DNA of 64,000 bases from a virus (lineage: Duplodnaviria > Heunggongvirae > Uroviricota > Caudoviricetes): IMG/VR virus record IMGVR_UViG_3300043395_001986, positions 173,308 through 237,307 of that record; one strand, 5' to 3'. Below the pieces are notes generated by a model. That model had not been told where the DNA came from, made no database searches, and saw nothing but the letters and a program-made list of their open reading frames with translations. Of the stretch, positions 45,819 to 55,204 are shown piece by piece; position 1 is the first letter of the stretch; each line of letters begins with the position of its first letter. A program made the translations under genes and the position numbers.

Positions 45819-46208
45819 ATGATAGGAGTATTATTAGGAGCAGGGTTGATACAACAACAAACATTAAGAAGTTCAAACTCATATAGTTCCGAACAAAGTG
45901 AAACAAAAAAAGATTATTACAAATTATTAAAATTAAAACCTATGTTTATAAAATTAAATGTATCATCACATGGTAGTCAATTTCTACCACAACTTATCAA
46001 TGTATCAATGATTAAAGAAATTAGAGGTGGGTTTACGGAATTAAACGGAGTAACACCTGATAAATGGTGTGTTGCCAAATTCATTGATGGTGATGAACAA
46101 TGGGTTGAGGGTTCAATGGATACATTACTATCTTTAATTTGGAACGAACAAGATAAAACGATAGATGTAAGAGTTAAACAAAGTTATTCAGGCATAGGAC
46201 CACTTTAA
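45819..46208 (+). CDS. Hypothetical protein
   Basis: 129-aa ORF. Confidence 0.4.
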   Translation: MIGVLLGAGLIQQQTLRSSNSYSSEQSETKKDYYKLLKLKPMFIKLNVSSHGSQFLPQLINVSMIKEIRGGFTELNGVTPDKWCVAKFIDGDEQWVEGSMDTLLSLIWNEQDKTIDVRVKQSYSGIGPL

Positions 46209-46326
46209 ACAATAAAACAAATATATGAAGAAATTTATTAAAAAGCTTTTGTACATTCTTAATGAGTGTGCAAAACAGCACCACGAATTTGAAAGGTGGA
46301 ACGCTAGAAATTATAAAAAATAAGTT

Positions 46327-47430
46327 ATGAAATTAGATACAATATACAAAAAGACAAAGACAGGTGCAACGCAAGAGTGGACAATTGAAGTAGTCGGTAA
46401 CAAATACCGAACACATAGTGGACAAGTTGGTGGAGCAATCACTACAAACGAATGGACGGTAGTATATGGTAAGAATGTAGGTAAGGCAAATGGTACTACG
46501 GATAGTGAGCAGGCTCTTAAAGAAGCTGAAGCTAAACGAACAAAGAAGTTGGAGAGTGGTTACTTTGAGAATATCAAACACATTAACAAAACTCAATACT
46601 TTGAACCAATGTTGGCGAGTAAGTGGGAAGATAGTAAAGATAAAATTACTTACCCAATATACTCACAACCTAAATTGGATGGTATTCGTTGTATAGTGAC
46701 CAAAGATGGTATGTTTAGTAGAAATGGTAAACCAATCATTTCAGCGCCACATATTAGAGAAGGTTTACAATCTCTTTTTGATGAAAATCCTGATTTGATA
46801 TTTGATGGTGAGTTATATGCAGATAAGTTCGCAAATGACTTTAATAAGATTGTATCGTTAGTTAAGAAAAGTAAACCAACTGATGCGGACTTAAAAGAAA
46901 GTAAAAAGAATATTGAGTATCACATTTACGACCTACCATCGGCAAGTGGAACATTTGAAAATAGATTTTTTAATAATCTAATAAAGATGTATGATGCTTT
47001 ACCTAAATATTGTGTGTTGGTTAAAACAATGGTATGTAGGAATGAAAAAGAAGTGAACATTTTATATGAAGATTGTGTAGAAGAAGGATATGAAGGACAG
47101 ATGTTACGGCTGAATAAAGAGTATGAGAATAAAAGAAGTAAGAATTTAATGAAACACAAATCATTCATTGACGAAGAATATACTATCATTGATATTTGTG
47201 AAGGCGAAGGCAATAGAGCAGGAACTGCTGGGTATATGGTATTTGAAACAGCAGATGGTAAACCTTTCAAATCAAATGTAAAAGGAACTTGGGAAGAAAC
47301 TGCGGAAATGTTAAAGAATAGGAAGAAACTAATCGGTAAGGAAGCAACGATTAAATATTTCAATTTAACTCCTGATGGAATACCCCGTTTTCCTTATGTA
47401 ATTAATATTAATAGAAACGAATACGAATAA
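46327..47430 (+). CDS. ATP-dependent DNA ligase
   Basis: Motif I SQPKLDGIRCIV (KxDGxR), motif III IFDGELYAD, motif IV EGYEGQMLR, motif V LMKHKSF; phage-size (367 aa) ligase. Confidence 0.8.
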   Translation: MKLDTIYKKTKTGATQEWTIEVVGNKYRTHSGQVGGAITTNEWTVVYGKNVGKANGTTDSEQALKEAEAKRTKKLESGYFENIKHINKTQYFEPMLASKWEDSKDKITYPIYSQPKLDGIRCIVTKDGMFSRNGKPIISAPHIREGLQSLFDENPDLIFDGELYADKFANDFNKIVSLVKKSKPTDADLKESKKNIEYHIYDLPSASGTFENRFFNNLIKMYDALPKYCVLVKTMVCRNEKEVNILYEDCVEEGYEGQMLRLNKEYENKRSKNLMKHKSFIDEEYTIIDICEGEGNRAGTAGYMVFETADGKPFKSNVKGTWEETAEMLKNRKKLIGKEATIKYFNLTPDGIPRFPYVININRNEYE

Positions 47431-47431
47431 T

Positions 47432-47728
47432 ATGTTAAAGATTAAAAATCCAAATGATATAGTAGGGATGAATTTTATAGATGGTAGATATAAACTACAC
47501 CGGGTTGCAGAACAAGATGATAGATACCGATTTGAATTCAGAGATACCAAAGAACAAAAATGGGTTTGTGTTGATATACATATAGAAGCTCAATGGGATA
47601 GTGAAGAAAGTAGAAATATGTATAAAGTTGATAATGGTACAGGTATGGGTCATAGGATATCGGCTAAATGGTTTAGTAACATTAAGAATGTGCAATTTAC
47701 ATTTAAACAAGCATTAAAAGTATTATAA
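47432..47728 (+). CDS. 'MLxIxN' small-protein family member 2
   Basis: MLKIKNPNDIVGMNF N-terminus. Confidence 0.45.
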   Translation: MLKIKNPNDIVGMNFIDGRYKLHRVAEQDDRYRFEFRDTKEQKWVCVDIHIEAQWDSEESRNMYKVDNGTGMGHRISAKWFSNIKNVQFTFKQALKVL

Positions 47729-47731
47729 GTT

Positions 47732-48064
47732 ATGAGAATTAAGTCACATTATCCACCATTTTGTTTTGAAAGCCCGATTACAGGTAAAAAATGGATTGTA
47801 TGTACCGGTAGTGGTAGTGGGTGGATAGAAGTAAACCGATGGTATAGTTGGAATGAATTAGAAAAGATGTGGGATAAAATAGAATACGGAAAACAAACCA
47901 AAGTGACAAAAACGAAAAGAAAAGAATACAAAGTTAAAGGTAGTAAAGGAAATGTGTATAAGGTAGTAACTGATGACGGTATTTGGACTTGTAGTTGCCC
48001 GGCGCATGGTTTCGGTAGAGGTAAAGATTGTAAACATATTATATCAATAAAAACAAAAAAATAA
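47732..48064 (+). CDS. SWIM zinc-finger protein
   Basis: C-terminal WTCSCPAHGFGRGKDCKHII = CxCxnCxH SWIM signature. Confidence 0.5.
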   Translation: MRIKSHYPPFCFESPITGKKWIVCTGSGSGWIEVNRWYSWNELEKMWDKIEYGKQTKVTKTKRKEYKVKGSKGNVYKVVTDDGIWTCSCPAHGFGRGKDCKHIISIKTKK

Positions 48065-48068
48065 AGTT

Positions 48069-48440
48069 ATGGGATGTTTTAGTTTTATTTGTAAAGAGAG
48101 TGGTTTGCCGGTCGCATCGTCTTCGTTTGACGGCGATGCAGTTAGATTGTATCTATTAAAAGATGGTAAAGTTATAGAGGAAATGCGAGGCCATTATGAC
48201 TCATATGGTAGAGTGTTTAAAGAAAATAATGAAACTTATTTTGAATGGAATATGGATTGGAATGATGTATGTGAACTAATGTTCAATTCAAATCCAGGCG
48301 ATGGTATTGCAGTTGTATTAGAAAAATATTTCACCGGTATAATACCAACAACGATAAGTGAACAAGACCCGGATCAAGGATGGGGTAAACGAAATGGTGG
48401 TGGTTTACTAATTGAAAACCCAATTCATATTATATATTAA
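48069..48440 (+). CDS. Hypothetical protein
   Basis: 123-aa ORF. Confidence 0.4.
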   Translation: MGCFSFICKESGLPVASSSFDGDAVRLYLLKDGKVIEEMRGHYDSYGRVFKENNETYFEWNMDWNDVCELMFNSNPGDGIAVVLEKYFTGIIPTTISEQDPDQGWGKRNGGGLLIENPIHIIY

Positions 48441-48449
48441 AATTAATTT

Positions 48450-48992
48450 ATGAGAAAGAAAATAATATTCATTGATATTGATGGCCCGTTGGCATGGGGA
48501 ACGTGGGGTGATGGTAAAGTGAAGATAAATGAGAATACCTCAAATGAATTTACAATACCTTACGCATGGGATATGGCTGATTGTGAGGCTTTAGCAAAGA
48601 TATGTGATGAAACAAATGCAGAATTAGTGTTAAGTTCTGATTGGAAAATGCATTACACATTAAAACAAATGAGTGATGTGTTTATTGAATATGGTATCTA
48701 TGCAAAACTTATTGATACCACAACCCATATGAATACTAGACAAATGGGGATATGGAATAAAATGAGTAGTCCATCATTAGAGTTTGAGAGAGCACACCAA
48801 ATTGTGAAATGGGCTAAGGATAATAAGATTAGTAACTGGATTGCAATTGATGATATGAAATTAAGTGCTGAGTTCAAATGGATGACACCACGTATCCCAA
48901 TGTGGAGGCATGTACAAGTTGACGGTGATTTTGGATATGGTGGAAGATTAAGAGATAAGATTGATGAATGTATAACAAAATTAAATAGATAA
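48450..48992 (+). CDS. HAD-like hydrolase (5'(3')-deoxyribonucleotidase / GmhB-like candidate)
   Basis: N-terminal IIFIDIDGPLAWG (DxDGxL HAD motif I), later WIAIDDM (motif IV-like). Confidence 0.45.
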   Translation: MRKKIIFIDIDGPLAWGTWGDGKVKINENTSNEFTIPYAWDMADCEALAKICDETNAELVLSSDWKMHYTLKQMSDVFIEYGIYAKLIDTTTHMNTRQMGIWNKMSSPSLEFERAHQIVKWAKDNKISNWIAIDDMKLSAEFKWMTPRIPMWRHVQVDGDFGYGGRLRDKIDECITKLNR

Positions 48993-49321
48993 TGAAAAAG
49001 CCGGAGAATTTTAGAAAAATAGACGATGTAAAATTTACAACCAAAACAGGTACTAAATACAAATTTTCAACGAATGGTATAGAACCTGAATTGTGGGTAT
49101 ATACTGAAGCCGATGATACAAAATATGTAATAGCATTTATTATAGATTGGGAAAATGAAACATATCAAATAAAAAGAGCAGAGAATGGTGATGGGACTAA
49201 TTGGATTGACACCATTTATAGTGGAAACTTTACAAGCCAACCTATGAAAACAATTAATTCATTTGTTGATTGGGCACATAATAGAGTATTACAATTTGAA
49301 CACTATTACAATAATTTATAA
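48992..49321 (+). CDS. 'MKKPxNF' small-protein family member 1
   Basis: MKKPENFRKIDDVKF; paralogs at 51091 and 51443. Confidence 0.4.
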   Translation: MKKPENFRKIDDVKFTTKTGTKYKFSTNGIEPELWVYTEADDTKYVIAFIIDWENETYQIKRAENGDGTNWIDTIYSGNFTSQPMKTINSFVDWAHNRVLQFEHYYNNL

Positions 49322-49324
49322 TAC

Positions 49325-49693
49325 ATGAAAAAGATAACAAAAATGAGTCCAAAAATATTAGTAAATATGAATTTTAATATTCCATTATTCAATGCAGAAA
49401 AGCAAATGTATGTGTGTACTAATGTGGATGAAATATCAAACGAACAATCGGCTAAAACATATTTCATTACCTTTAATGAAGTTAAAGAACATGGTTATAA
49501 TGTTCCAGAAAAGATTGAAGTGGCATTATCAGTACCAACTACGGATGCGAATGGTGAACTTGCAAGTCTAAATATGGTTGAAGTTGCCGACAGTGGTCCT
49601 TTACCTTTGGCAAAAATAATTACTAAAAAACAAAATATAAGTTCATTGGGTGGTCTTAAACAAATATTTTATAACATGGGAAAAAAGATGTAA
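49325..49693 (+). CDS. Hypothetical protein
   Basis: 122-aa ORF. Confidence 0.4.
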   Translation: MKKITKMSPKILVNMNFNIPLFNAEKQMYVCTNVDEISNEQSAKTYFITFNEVKEHGYNVPEKIEVALSVPTTDANGELASLNMVEVADSGPLPLAKIITKKQNISSLGGLKQIFYNMGKKM

Positions 49694-49694
49694 T

Positions 49695-50057
49695 ATGAAA
49701 ACTAAAACATATTTTAGCGAGTTTCGTAGTGACATTGCAGTAGCTATTTTGGGCAAAGATGATTACCGATACGAAATAATGAAACCACTATTTGAAATGT
49801 GTGGTTTTGGTTTTGCTGAAACATCTTCGGGTTGTGTATTCATAGATGGTGAAGCGAAGTTAACCAAAGATGAATTGAAGTGGGTTGAAGCACATGAAGT
49901 AGCACACATAATGTTGAAACATACAAAGGATAGAAATGATGATGATGAAATTGCAGCTGATATGTTTGCAATCATCTTATTAAAAGATAAAGGATATGAT
50001 AAAGCAGCACAATTAGTAGAGGATAAATTTGAAGAAAGACATAAAAGAAAATTATAA
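49695..50057 (+). CDS. ImmA/IrrE-like HExxH metallopeptidase-family protein
   Basis: VEAHEVAHIMLKH (HExxHxxxxH); start moved to ATG 49695 from track 49650. Confidence 0.5.
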   Translation: MKTKTYFSEFRSDIAVAILGKDDYRYEIMKPLFEMCGFGFAETSSGCVFIDGEAKLTKDELKWVEAHEVAHIMLKHTKDRNDDDEIAADMFAIILLKDKGYDKAAQLVEDKFEERHKRKL

Positions 50058-50060
50058 GTT

Positions 50061-50375
50061 ATGAAATTGAAATTTAATATTACGCCCGAATTAAAAGATA
50101 AGTTTCAAGATGAATTATCAAAACAAATTGGTGATAATGTATGGGCAGCATCTATAAAAGATGAAGATAAACAATATGTGTTTAGATTTAGAATGTTTGG
50201 TAGTGATTGGCATGTAGAATTGGATAAAGAATGCAATGCCGGAGCATGGTATACATTACATTGTTCTACTCAAGAATTATATTTACCAATTGACCTCATT
50301 AAAGATTTGAAACTATTTTGTCAGCAAATAGTGAGAATAAAACAAATGCAAACTGAATATGTAAACAATAGATAA
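50061..50375 (+). CDS. Hypothetical protein
   Basis: 104-aa ORF. Confidence 0.4.
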   Translation: MKLKFNITPELKDKFQDELSKQIGDNVWAASIKDEDKQYVFRFRMFGSDWHVELDKECNAGAWYTLHCSTQELYLPIDLIKDLKLFCQQIVRIKQMQTEYVNNR

Positions 50376-50376
50376 T

Positions 50377-50685
50377 ATGAATTTAACAATTAAAAACTAC
50401 GAAAAACTAAAAGGTAAAGGTTGGGATGCTAAAAATTTTATAGAACAAGTTAGTGAAAAGACTGATAGTTATCAAATTAATGTATGGCGAGGACATATGA
50501 GACACCATATTATTTTATATAGAAAACCATTAGAAAATGGTTATTATGAAATTGGAAAATGGAGTAATTCAAGTTATAGTGTAAACTATCCTTATTGGAT
50601 AAAACATGAAGATATATTAGATATAGAAAGTTTAATGGATAAACTTAAATTCCTAACGGATGATTGGAAACCTAAATTGTTATAA
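50377..50685 (+). CDS. Hypothetical protein
   Basis: 102-aa ORF. Confidence 0.4.
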   Translation: MNLTIKNYEKLKGKGWDAKNFIEQVSEKTDSYQINVWRGHMRHHIILYRKPLENGYYEIGKWSNSSYSVNYPYWIKHEDILDIESLMDKLKFLTDDWKPKLL

Positions 50686-50686
50686 T

Positions 50687-51094
50687 ATGAACTTTTATTT
50701 TTGGATGTTTGTTTGGCTGTATATTTTAATTCCATATGAAATAAAAAAAGAGGAAATTAGAATAGAGCAAATAATACAAACACAGAAACCGGAAGTGGTG
50801 ACAATGACCACATATAGAGCTGTTGCAGAAGAGTGTGATAGTACACCCAACATTACTGCAAGTGGATTTAAGATTACTAACCCAAAGAAACATAAAATTA
50901 TTGCAGTATCACATGACCTTAAAAAGAAATGGAAATGGGGCACTAAAGTCCAAATTGTTGGAGCCGGAGAGTATGATGGAACATATTATGTTAGAGATTT
51001 AATGCATAGACGTTTTAAGAAACGAATTGATATATTGATTGGACGAAAAGATAAACAAACTAAATTAAAAAAGATTAAAGTATATACAATATGA
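50687..51094 (+). CDS. Membrane-anchored 3D-domain protein (MltA/YuiC-like cell-wall hydrolase candidate)
   Basis: N-terminal TM (FYFWMFVWLYILIPY); TMTTYRAVAEECDSTPNITASGFKI...IIAVSHD...VQIVGAGEYDGTYYVRDLMHRRFKKRIDIL matches 3D-domain pattern with conserved Asp residues. Confidence 0.5.
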   Translation: MNFYFWMFVWLYILIPYEIKKEEIRIEQIIQTQKPEVVTMTTYRAVAEECDSTPNITASGFKITNPKKHKIIAVSHDLKKKWKWGTKVQIVGAGEYDGTYYVRDLMHRRFKKRIDILIGRKDKQTKLKKIKVYTI

Positions 51095-51438
51095 AAAAGC
51101 CAGTAAATTTTGAAAAAATAGATAAAATAAGTTTTGATATAGACGGATATTCTTTTTATTTTGATTTTGATAATATGCAAAATTACGAACATTCAAATTG
51201 GGTGTGGGTATTTTGTAACGGCCCGCTTTTAGGTGATTATTGTGTCAAGTTTGAATTGAAATGGGAACACAATTGCATTAGCATGAAAAAATGCGTGTTA
51301 GGTGAGGGTGATATCGGTGAGTATATATTTCAAGACAATTTATTAAGTACCGATATGGTAACATCAAAAAATACATTTATTATTCAAATGGGTAAGTTTA
51401 TACAAAAAGCAATTACATTAAATAAATTTAAAAATTAA
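51091..51438 (+). CDS. 'MKKPxNF' small-protein family member 2
   Basis: MKKPVNFEKIDKISF. Confidence 0.4.
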   Translation: MKKPVNFEKIDKISFDIDGYSFYFDFDNMQNYEHSNWVWVFCNGPLLGDYCVKFELKWEHNCISMKKCVLGEGDIGEYIFQDNLLSTDMVTSKNTFIIQMGKFIQKAITLNKFKN

Positions 51439-51442
51439 TTAT

Positions 51443-51973
51443 ATGAAAAAGCCAGTAAATTTTGAAACGATAGCATTTAATAAACATAAATTTTTAGGTA
51501 TTGAGTGGGAAATAAGAGTAGAAGGATTAGCAAATATAGGTAATGGTGATTTCACTAGAGTTTGGTTACTACCTGATAACGAGGGTGAACGACAACTTAA
51601 TAGAGTATTTTATTTTGACATCTTTTGGGATAAAAATAAATGTGAGGTATATGTTCCAGTAGCTGGTGATGGTGTCAACGGACCACATATTAAGAATTTT
51701 GGCATTATGAATGAAAATATGAAAACACCAGATGAATTTAAAAGTTTTTTAGAATGGATGGTAGAAGATATAATTAACGAATTTAATATACAAAATGCAA
51801 GTGGTATATCCAATGGACCTAGTGTATTATCATTTTTAGTTAAATCGGATAGCAGTGATGTATACCACGATGTTAAGTATGTAAACAAAAATTGGAGTTG
51901 TAGTTGTAAATCATTTGTATATAGCAAACAACTGCCACAAACATGCAAGCACATTGATAAACTTAAAAAGTAA
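51443..51973 (+). CDS. 'MKKPxNF' family member 3 with C-terminal SWIM zinc finger
   Basis: MKKPVNFETIAFNKHKF; C-terminus WSCSCKSFVYSKQLPQTCKHIDK (CxCxnCxH). Confidence 0.5.
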   Translation: MKKPVNFETIAFNKHKFLGIEWEIRVEGLANIGNGDFTRVWLLPDNEGERQLNRVFYFDIFWDKNKCEVYVPVAGDGVNGPHIKNFGIMNENMKTPDEFKSFLEWMVEDIINEFNIQNASGISNGPSVLSFLVKSDSSDVYHDVKYVNKNWSCSCKSFVYSKQLPQTCKHIDKLKK

Positions 51974-51976
51974 AAC

Positions 51977-53137
51977 ATGAAAAAATATTTAGCAATAATC
52001 GTAGTGACATTTTTGGTTAGTTGTACAAAGGAAGTTATAATAAATCCAAAACCACAAGAAAATCAAAAACCTATTGTTAATATTATTGATTATAAAGGAT
52101 TGTCTTCAAATCAAATTAATCTTTTATCAAAAGAATATATTGATGTAATGGCATATGATAGCAAAGCAAATTGTTGGTTATATGGTGATTTTGATTTGGA
52201 TGGTATGGAAGATGTAATGGCATTTAGATTGAGTAACAAACCAATCCTATTAAAGAACCAGGGTAATAATGTGTTTTTGAAAGTTACTGATGTATTTGAT
52301 GAAGAGTCTTATTCGGTATGGCCTAGGTCGTGTATATCCGGTGATTTTAATAATGATGGCTATTTAGATGCCGTTATTTTCTCACATGAATTTGAAGGTG
52401 CAAATGGTGGTGAAAATGTTGTACTACTAATTAACCAAAATGGAAAATCTTTTAAATCAAAAATAATAAGTCCTGTAATAAGAGGAACAACAAAAAACTT
52501 TTGGCATTTAGGAAGTTCAGCAGATATAGATAAGGATGGTGATATAGATATATTGATGTCTACTGCGGGGCAACAATACTTAATGATTAATGATGGAAAT
52601 TCTAATTTTAGTTTGTCTACAAATTATGAACAATCTTTACAAAATTCACATCTTATTGGTGGCTTGTTAGAAGATTTGAATAAAGACGGCTATACCGATT
52701 ATTTTACATTTGGTCACGAATTTGCTCAAATTGGTTTACCTAAATATCATAATGGTCCGGCTCAAACAAGAATAATGTGGGGCAACTCAAATAATTCATT
52801 TTTGTTTTTTAATTCCACAACATTTTCAATGGATACTACCGGTTTTGCATTGTTATTGGATGCAATTTGTGTTGACCTAAATAAAGACGGTAAAAACGAA
52901 TTAGTTGTATTGAGAACAGGTGACCCCGATAAATCTGGCTTTTATAAAGGTTATAAAATATCGGTGTATGATGTGCAATCTTTAAAAGATATAACACCCG
53001 AATTGTATGGAAATAATACATACAATACAAATGCAAATTGGATTTTCTTTATTAAAATAATAGACATAAACAATGATGGTAAATTGGATATTGTGGATTG
53101 TAAAAAAAGAAGCAATATAATTTTTTATCAGAAATAA
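51977..53137 (+). CDS. Lipoprotein with FG-GAP/VCBS-type beta-propeller repeats
   Basis: Lipobox FLVSC; six D-x-N/D-x-DG-x-x-D loops: YGDFDLDGMEDVMAF, SGDFNNDGYLDAVIF, SADIDKDGDIDILMS, LEDLNKDGYTDYFTF, ICVDLNKDGKNELVVL, IIDINNDGKLDIVDC. Confidence 0.6.
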   Translation: MKKYLAIIVVTFLVSCTKEVIINPKPQENQKPIVNIIDYKGLSSNQINLLSKEYIDVMAYDSKANCWLYGDFDLDGMEDVMAFRLSNKPILLKNQGNNVFLKVTDVFDEESYSVWPRSCISGDFNNDGYLDAVIFSHEFEGANGGENVVLLINQNGKSFKSKIISPVIRGTTKNFWHLGSSADIDKDGDIDILMSTAGQQYLMINDGNSNFSLSTNYEQSLQNSHLIGGLLEDLNKDGYTDYFTFGHEFAQIGLPKYHNGPAQTRIMWGNSNNSFLFFNSTTFSMDTTGFALLLDAICVDLNKDGKNELVVLRTGDPDKSGFYKGYKISVYDVQSLKDITPELYGNNTYNTNANWIFFIKIIDINNDGKLDIVDCKKRSNIIFYQK

Positions 53138-53161
53138 TTTGGAAGTTTGTTATAATTGTTT

Positions 53162-53169
53162 TATATTTG
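53162..53169 (+). promoter_or_regulatory. Bacteroidota-type -7 promoter element TATATTTG
   Basis: 15 nt upstream of ATG 53184. Confidence 0.35.
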
Positions 53170-53183
53170 TAAAAAATAAGTGT

Positions 53184-54101
53184 ATGGTATTAAGAATATT
53201 CTTTATGGCTCCAGATAATACATTATATCCATTGGAGTTTGAAGTTGAAAATAATGTTATAGCTAAACTATGGGTTAAAAAACTCAAAAAGTTTTTAAGG
53301 AGTAAATCTAAATTAGAGACAAGATGGACGGGATTTAATCTGGATAGAAGGTCACCACAAATACTTTTACAAAAATTAGACAATTGTATTAAAAAAATAA
53401 ATTCAAGTTGGTTAGCAACGGAGTATGATTATAAAATTGAAGTAGAAACACCAAAAGAATATAATACGGAATTACATAATATAGTGCATCATCACTTTGA
53501 AATTCTAATGGGACAGGTTTGGAATAAATCAAAATGGTATCTATTGATGGAACAACGTGAGGATTGGGATTTGATAAATGCAGTTAGAGGATTGAACGAC
53601 CTATCACATGAATTGGAAGCAGTTAGTGTGGGTAAACCTTTTTTGTGTACAACATTTTGGGATGTAAACGGGATACAAAAAGATGACTTACCAATTGAAG
53701 TAGAAGATTATTTTCAACTGAATTTAGAATTTGGAGCAGTGTATTTACATTATGCCCAATTGGGTAAAACTTGGCAAGAAGTTTGTTGGGATGACGATGA
53801 CCATATTTTTGAAGAGAATATTTCACCATTTTGTTTATTAAGTGGCGAGTTTGACGTATCATTTGGTGCAGATGTATTAACGCATGAACAATTAGTAGAA
53901 ACAATTAAACCAAAATTGGAATCAATGGGAAGGGATGTAGATGATAAATCATTGAGATTAGGTAGGGTCAAAGTTGCACAATTAACTACAAATAAAAAAC
54001 AAAGAGAAATATTATCTATATTAAAAAAATATGACCAAATTGGTTATATAGAATTGGACGGGTATAGTAGAGCGTTTGAGCCGTATGATGACCCATATTA
54101 A
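53184..54101 (+). CDS. Hypothetical protein
   Basis: Track ORF 53139.. trimmed to ATG 53184 downstream of promoter-like box; acidic 305-aa protein. Confidence 0.4.
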   Translation: MVLRIFFMAPDNTLYPLEFEVENNVIAKLWVKKLKKFLRSKSKLETRWTGFNLDRRSPQILLQKLDNCIKKINSSWLATEYDYKIEVETPKEYNTELHNIVHHHFEILMGQVWNKSKWYLLMEQREDWDLINAVRGLNDLSHELEAVSVGKPFLCTTFWDVNGIQKDDLPIEVEDYFQLNLEFGAVYLHYAQLGKTWQEVCWDDDDHIFEENISPFCLLSGEFDVSFGADVLTHEQLVETIKPKLESMGRDVDDKSLRLGRVKVAQLTTNKKQREILSILKKYDQIGYIELDGYSRAFEPYDDPY

Positions 54102-54110
54102 AAATTAGTT

Positions 54111-54458
54111 ATGAATTATTATAAAATATTATTAGGCATCGTATTTGGTGCGTTAGGACAAATTGGTACATTTTTACAGCTGCAAGGAAGCTACAAATAT
54201 GGATGGTATGAAAAATATCAATGGGCAGTTATATTAGTAAGCGTACCTTTGGGGTGGATATACATAAAATCAGTAAATTCTTTTATAGAAGGTTTTGGTG
54301 GTCAAATATGGCCATCGCGTTTAGTTGGGTTTGGTATTGGTGTAATTGTATTCACATTGATGTCACACTATTTATTTAAAGAGCCGCTAAATCTAAAAAA
54401 TGGATTGTGTTTATTTTTAGGTTTTACAATAGTGGCAATTCAATTGTTTTTAAAGTAA
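54111..54458 (+). CDS. Multi-pass small membrane protein
   Basis: Four hydrophobic segments in 115 aa. Confidence 0.4.
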   Translation: MNYYKILLGIVFGALGQIGTFLQLQGSYKYGWYEKYQWAVILVSVPLGWIYIKSVNSFIEGFGGQIWPSRLVGFGIGVIVFTLMSHYLFKEPLNLKNGLCLFLGFTIVAIQLFLK

Positions 54459-55204
54459 TGAATAATTTATTTGTATTTGGTGATAGTTTTAGTGCAGGAC
54501 ATGGTGTTAGGTTTACGCCATATTTAAGCTATATTAATAGTGAGAAACTGGACTATGAAGTTGCATTCGTAGATAGAATTGCAACCGAATTGAATTTAAG
54601 ATTGCATAACTTTGCAAGGGGTGGCATATCAAATACTGCTATTTTGAAATTATTTTTTCAAAATTATAGTAAAATTAAAAAAGATGATGTTGTTATTATA
54701 CAATCAACATTTTGGAATAGATTAACATTTACACACAAATTAAAAAATGCAGAATTTCATTCAACCGGACCAGGTAGTATGGACAAACGCATAAACGATC
54801 CAGATTTTGAGGAAATTTGTGATAAATATTTGGTGTTATATCATAGTAGAGAAATAGCAATGATTGATACTTTCTCTGCGTATTCTTTAATCGCTGAATT
54901 TTGTGACCTGAAAGGTATAAAAGTATTTTTCTGGTCATTGGATGAAATTTCAACCGAATGTTACTCAAAGTTTGAACAAATTATAAAGGAAAGATTTTTA
55001 ATACCAATTGAACCTGAATTGTATTTGAGTTGGTTTTCGCCGGCTGTTGATAAGTTAAAATTATCTATAAAACATGAATGCGATTTGGATGATTTACATT
55101 TATCAATAAAAGGAAATGACTATTTTTATGATAATATGATTTCTCAAATTAAAAATAAACTTGAAAATTACAATGAGTTTATCTTAAAAAATAATTTATT
55201 ATAA
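54458..55204 (+). CDS. SGNH/GDSL-family hydrolase (paralog 6, canonical motifs)
   Basis: Block I LFVFGDSFSAGHGV (GDS), block II NFARGGISNTAIL, block V CDLDDLHLSIKGNDY (DxxH); ATG inside TAATGA junction. Confidence 0.65.
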   Translation: MNNLFVFGDSFSAGHGVRFTPYLSYINSEKLDYEVAFVDRIATELNLRLHNFARGGISNTAILKLFFQNYSKIKKDDVVIIQSTFWNRLTFTHKLKNAEFHSTGPGSMDKRINDPDFEEICDKYLVLYHSREIAMIDTFSAYSLIAEFCDLKGIKVFFWSLDEISTECYSKFEQIIKERFLIPIEPELYLSWFSPAVDKLKLSIKHECDLDDLHLSIKGNDYFYDNMISQIKNKLENYNEFILKNNLL

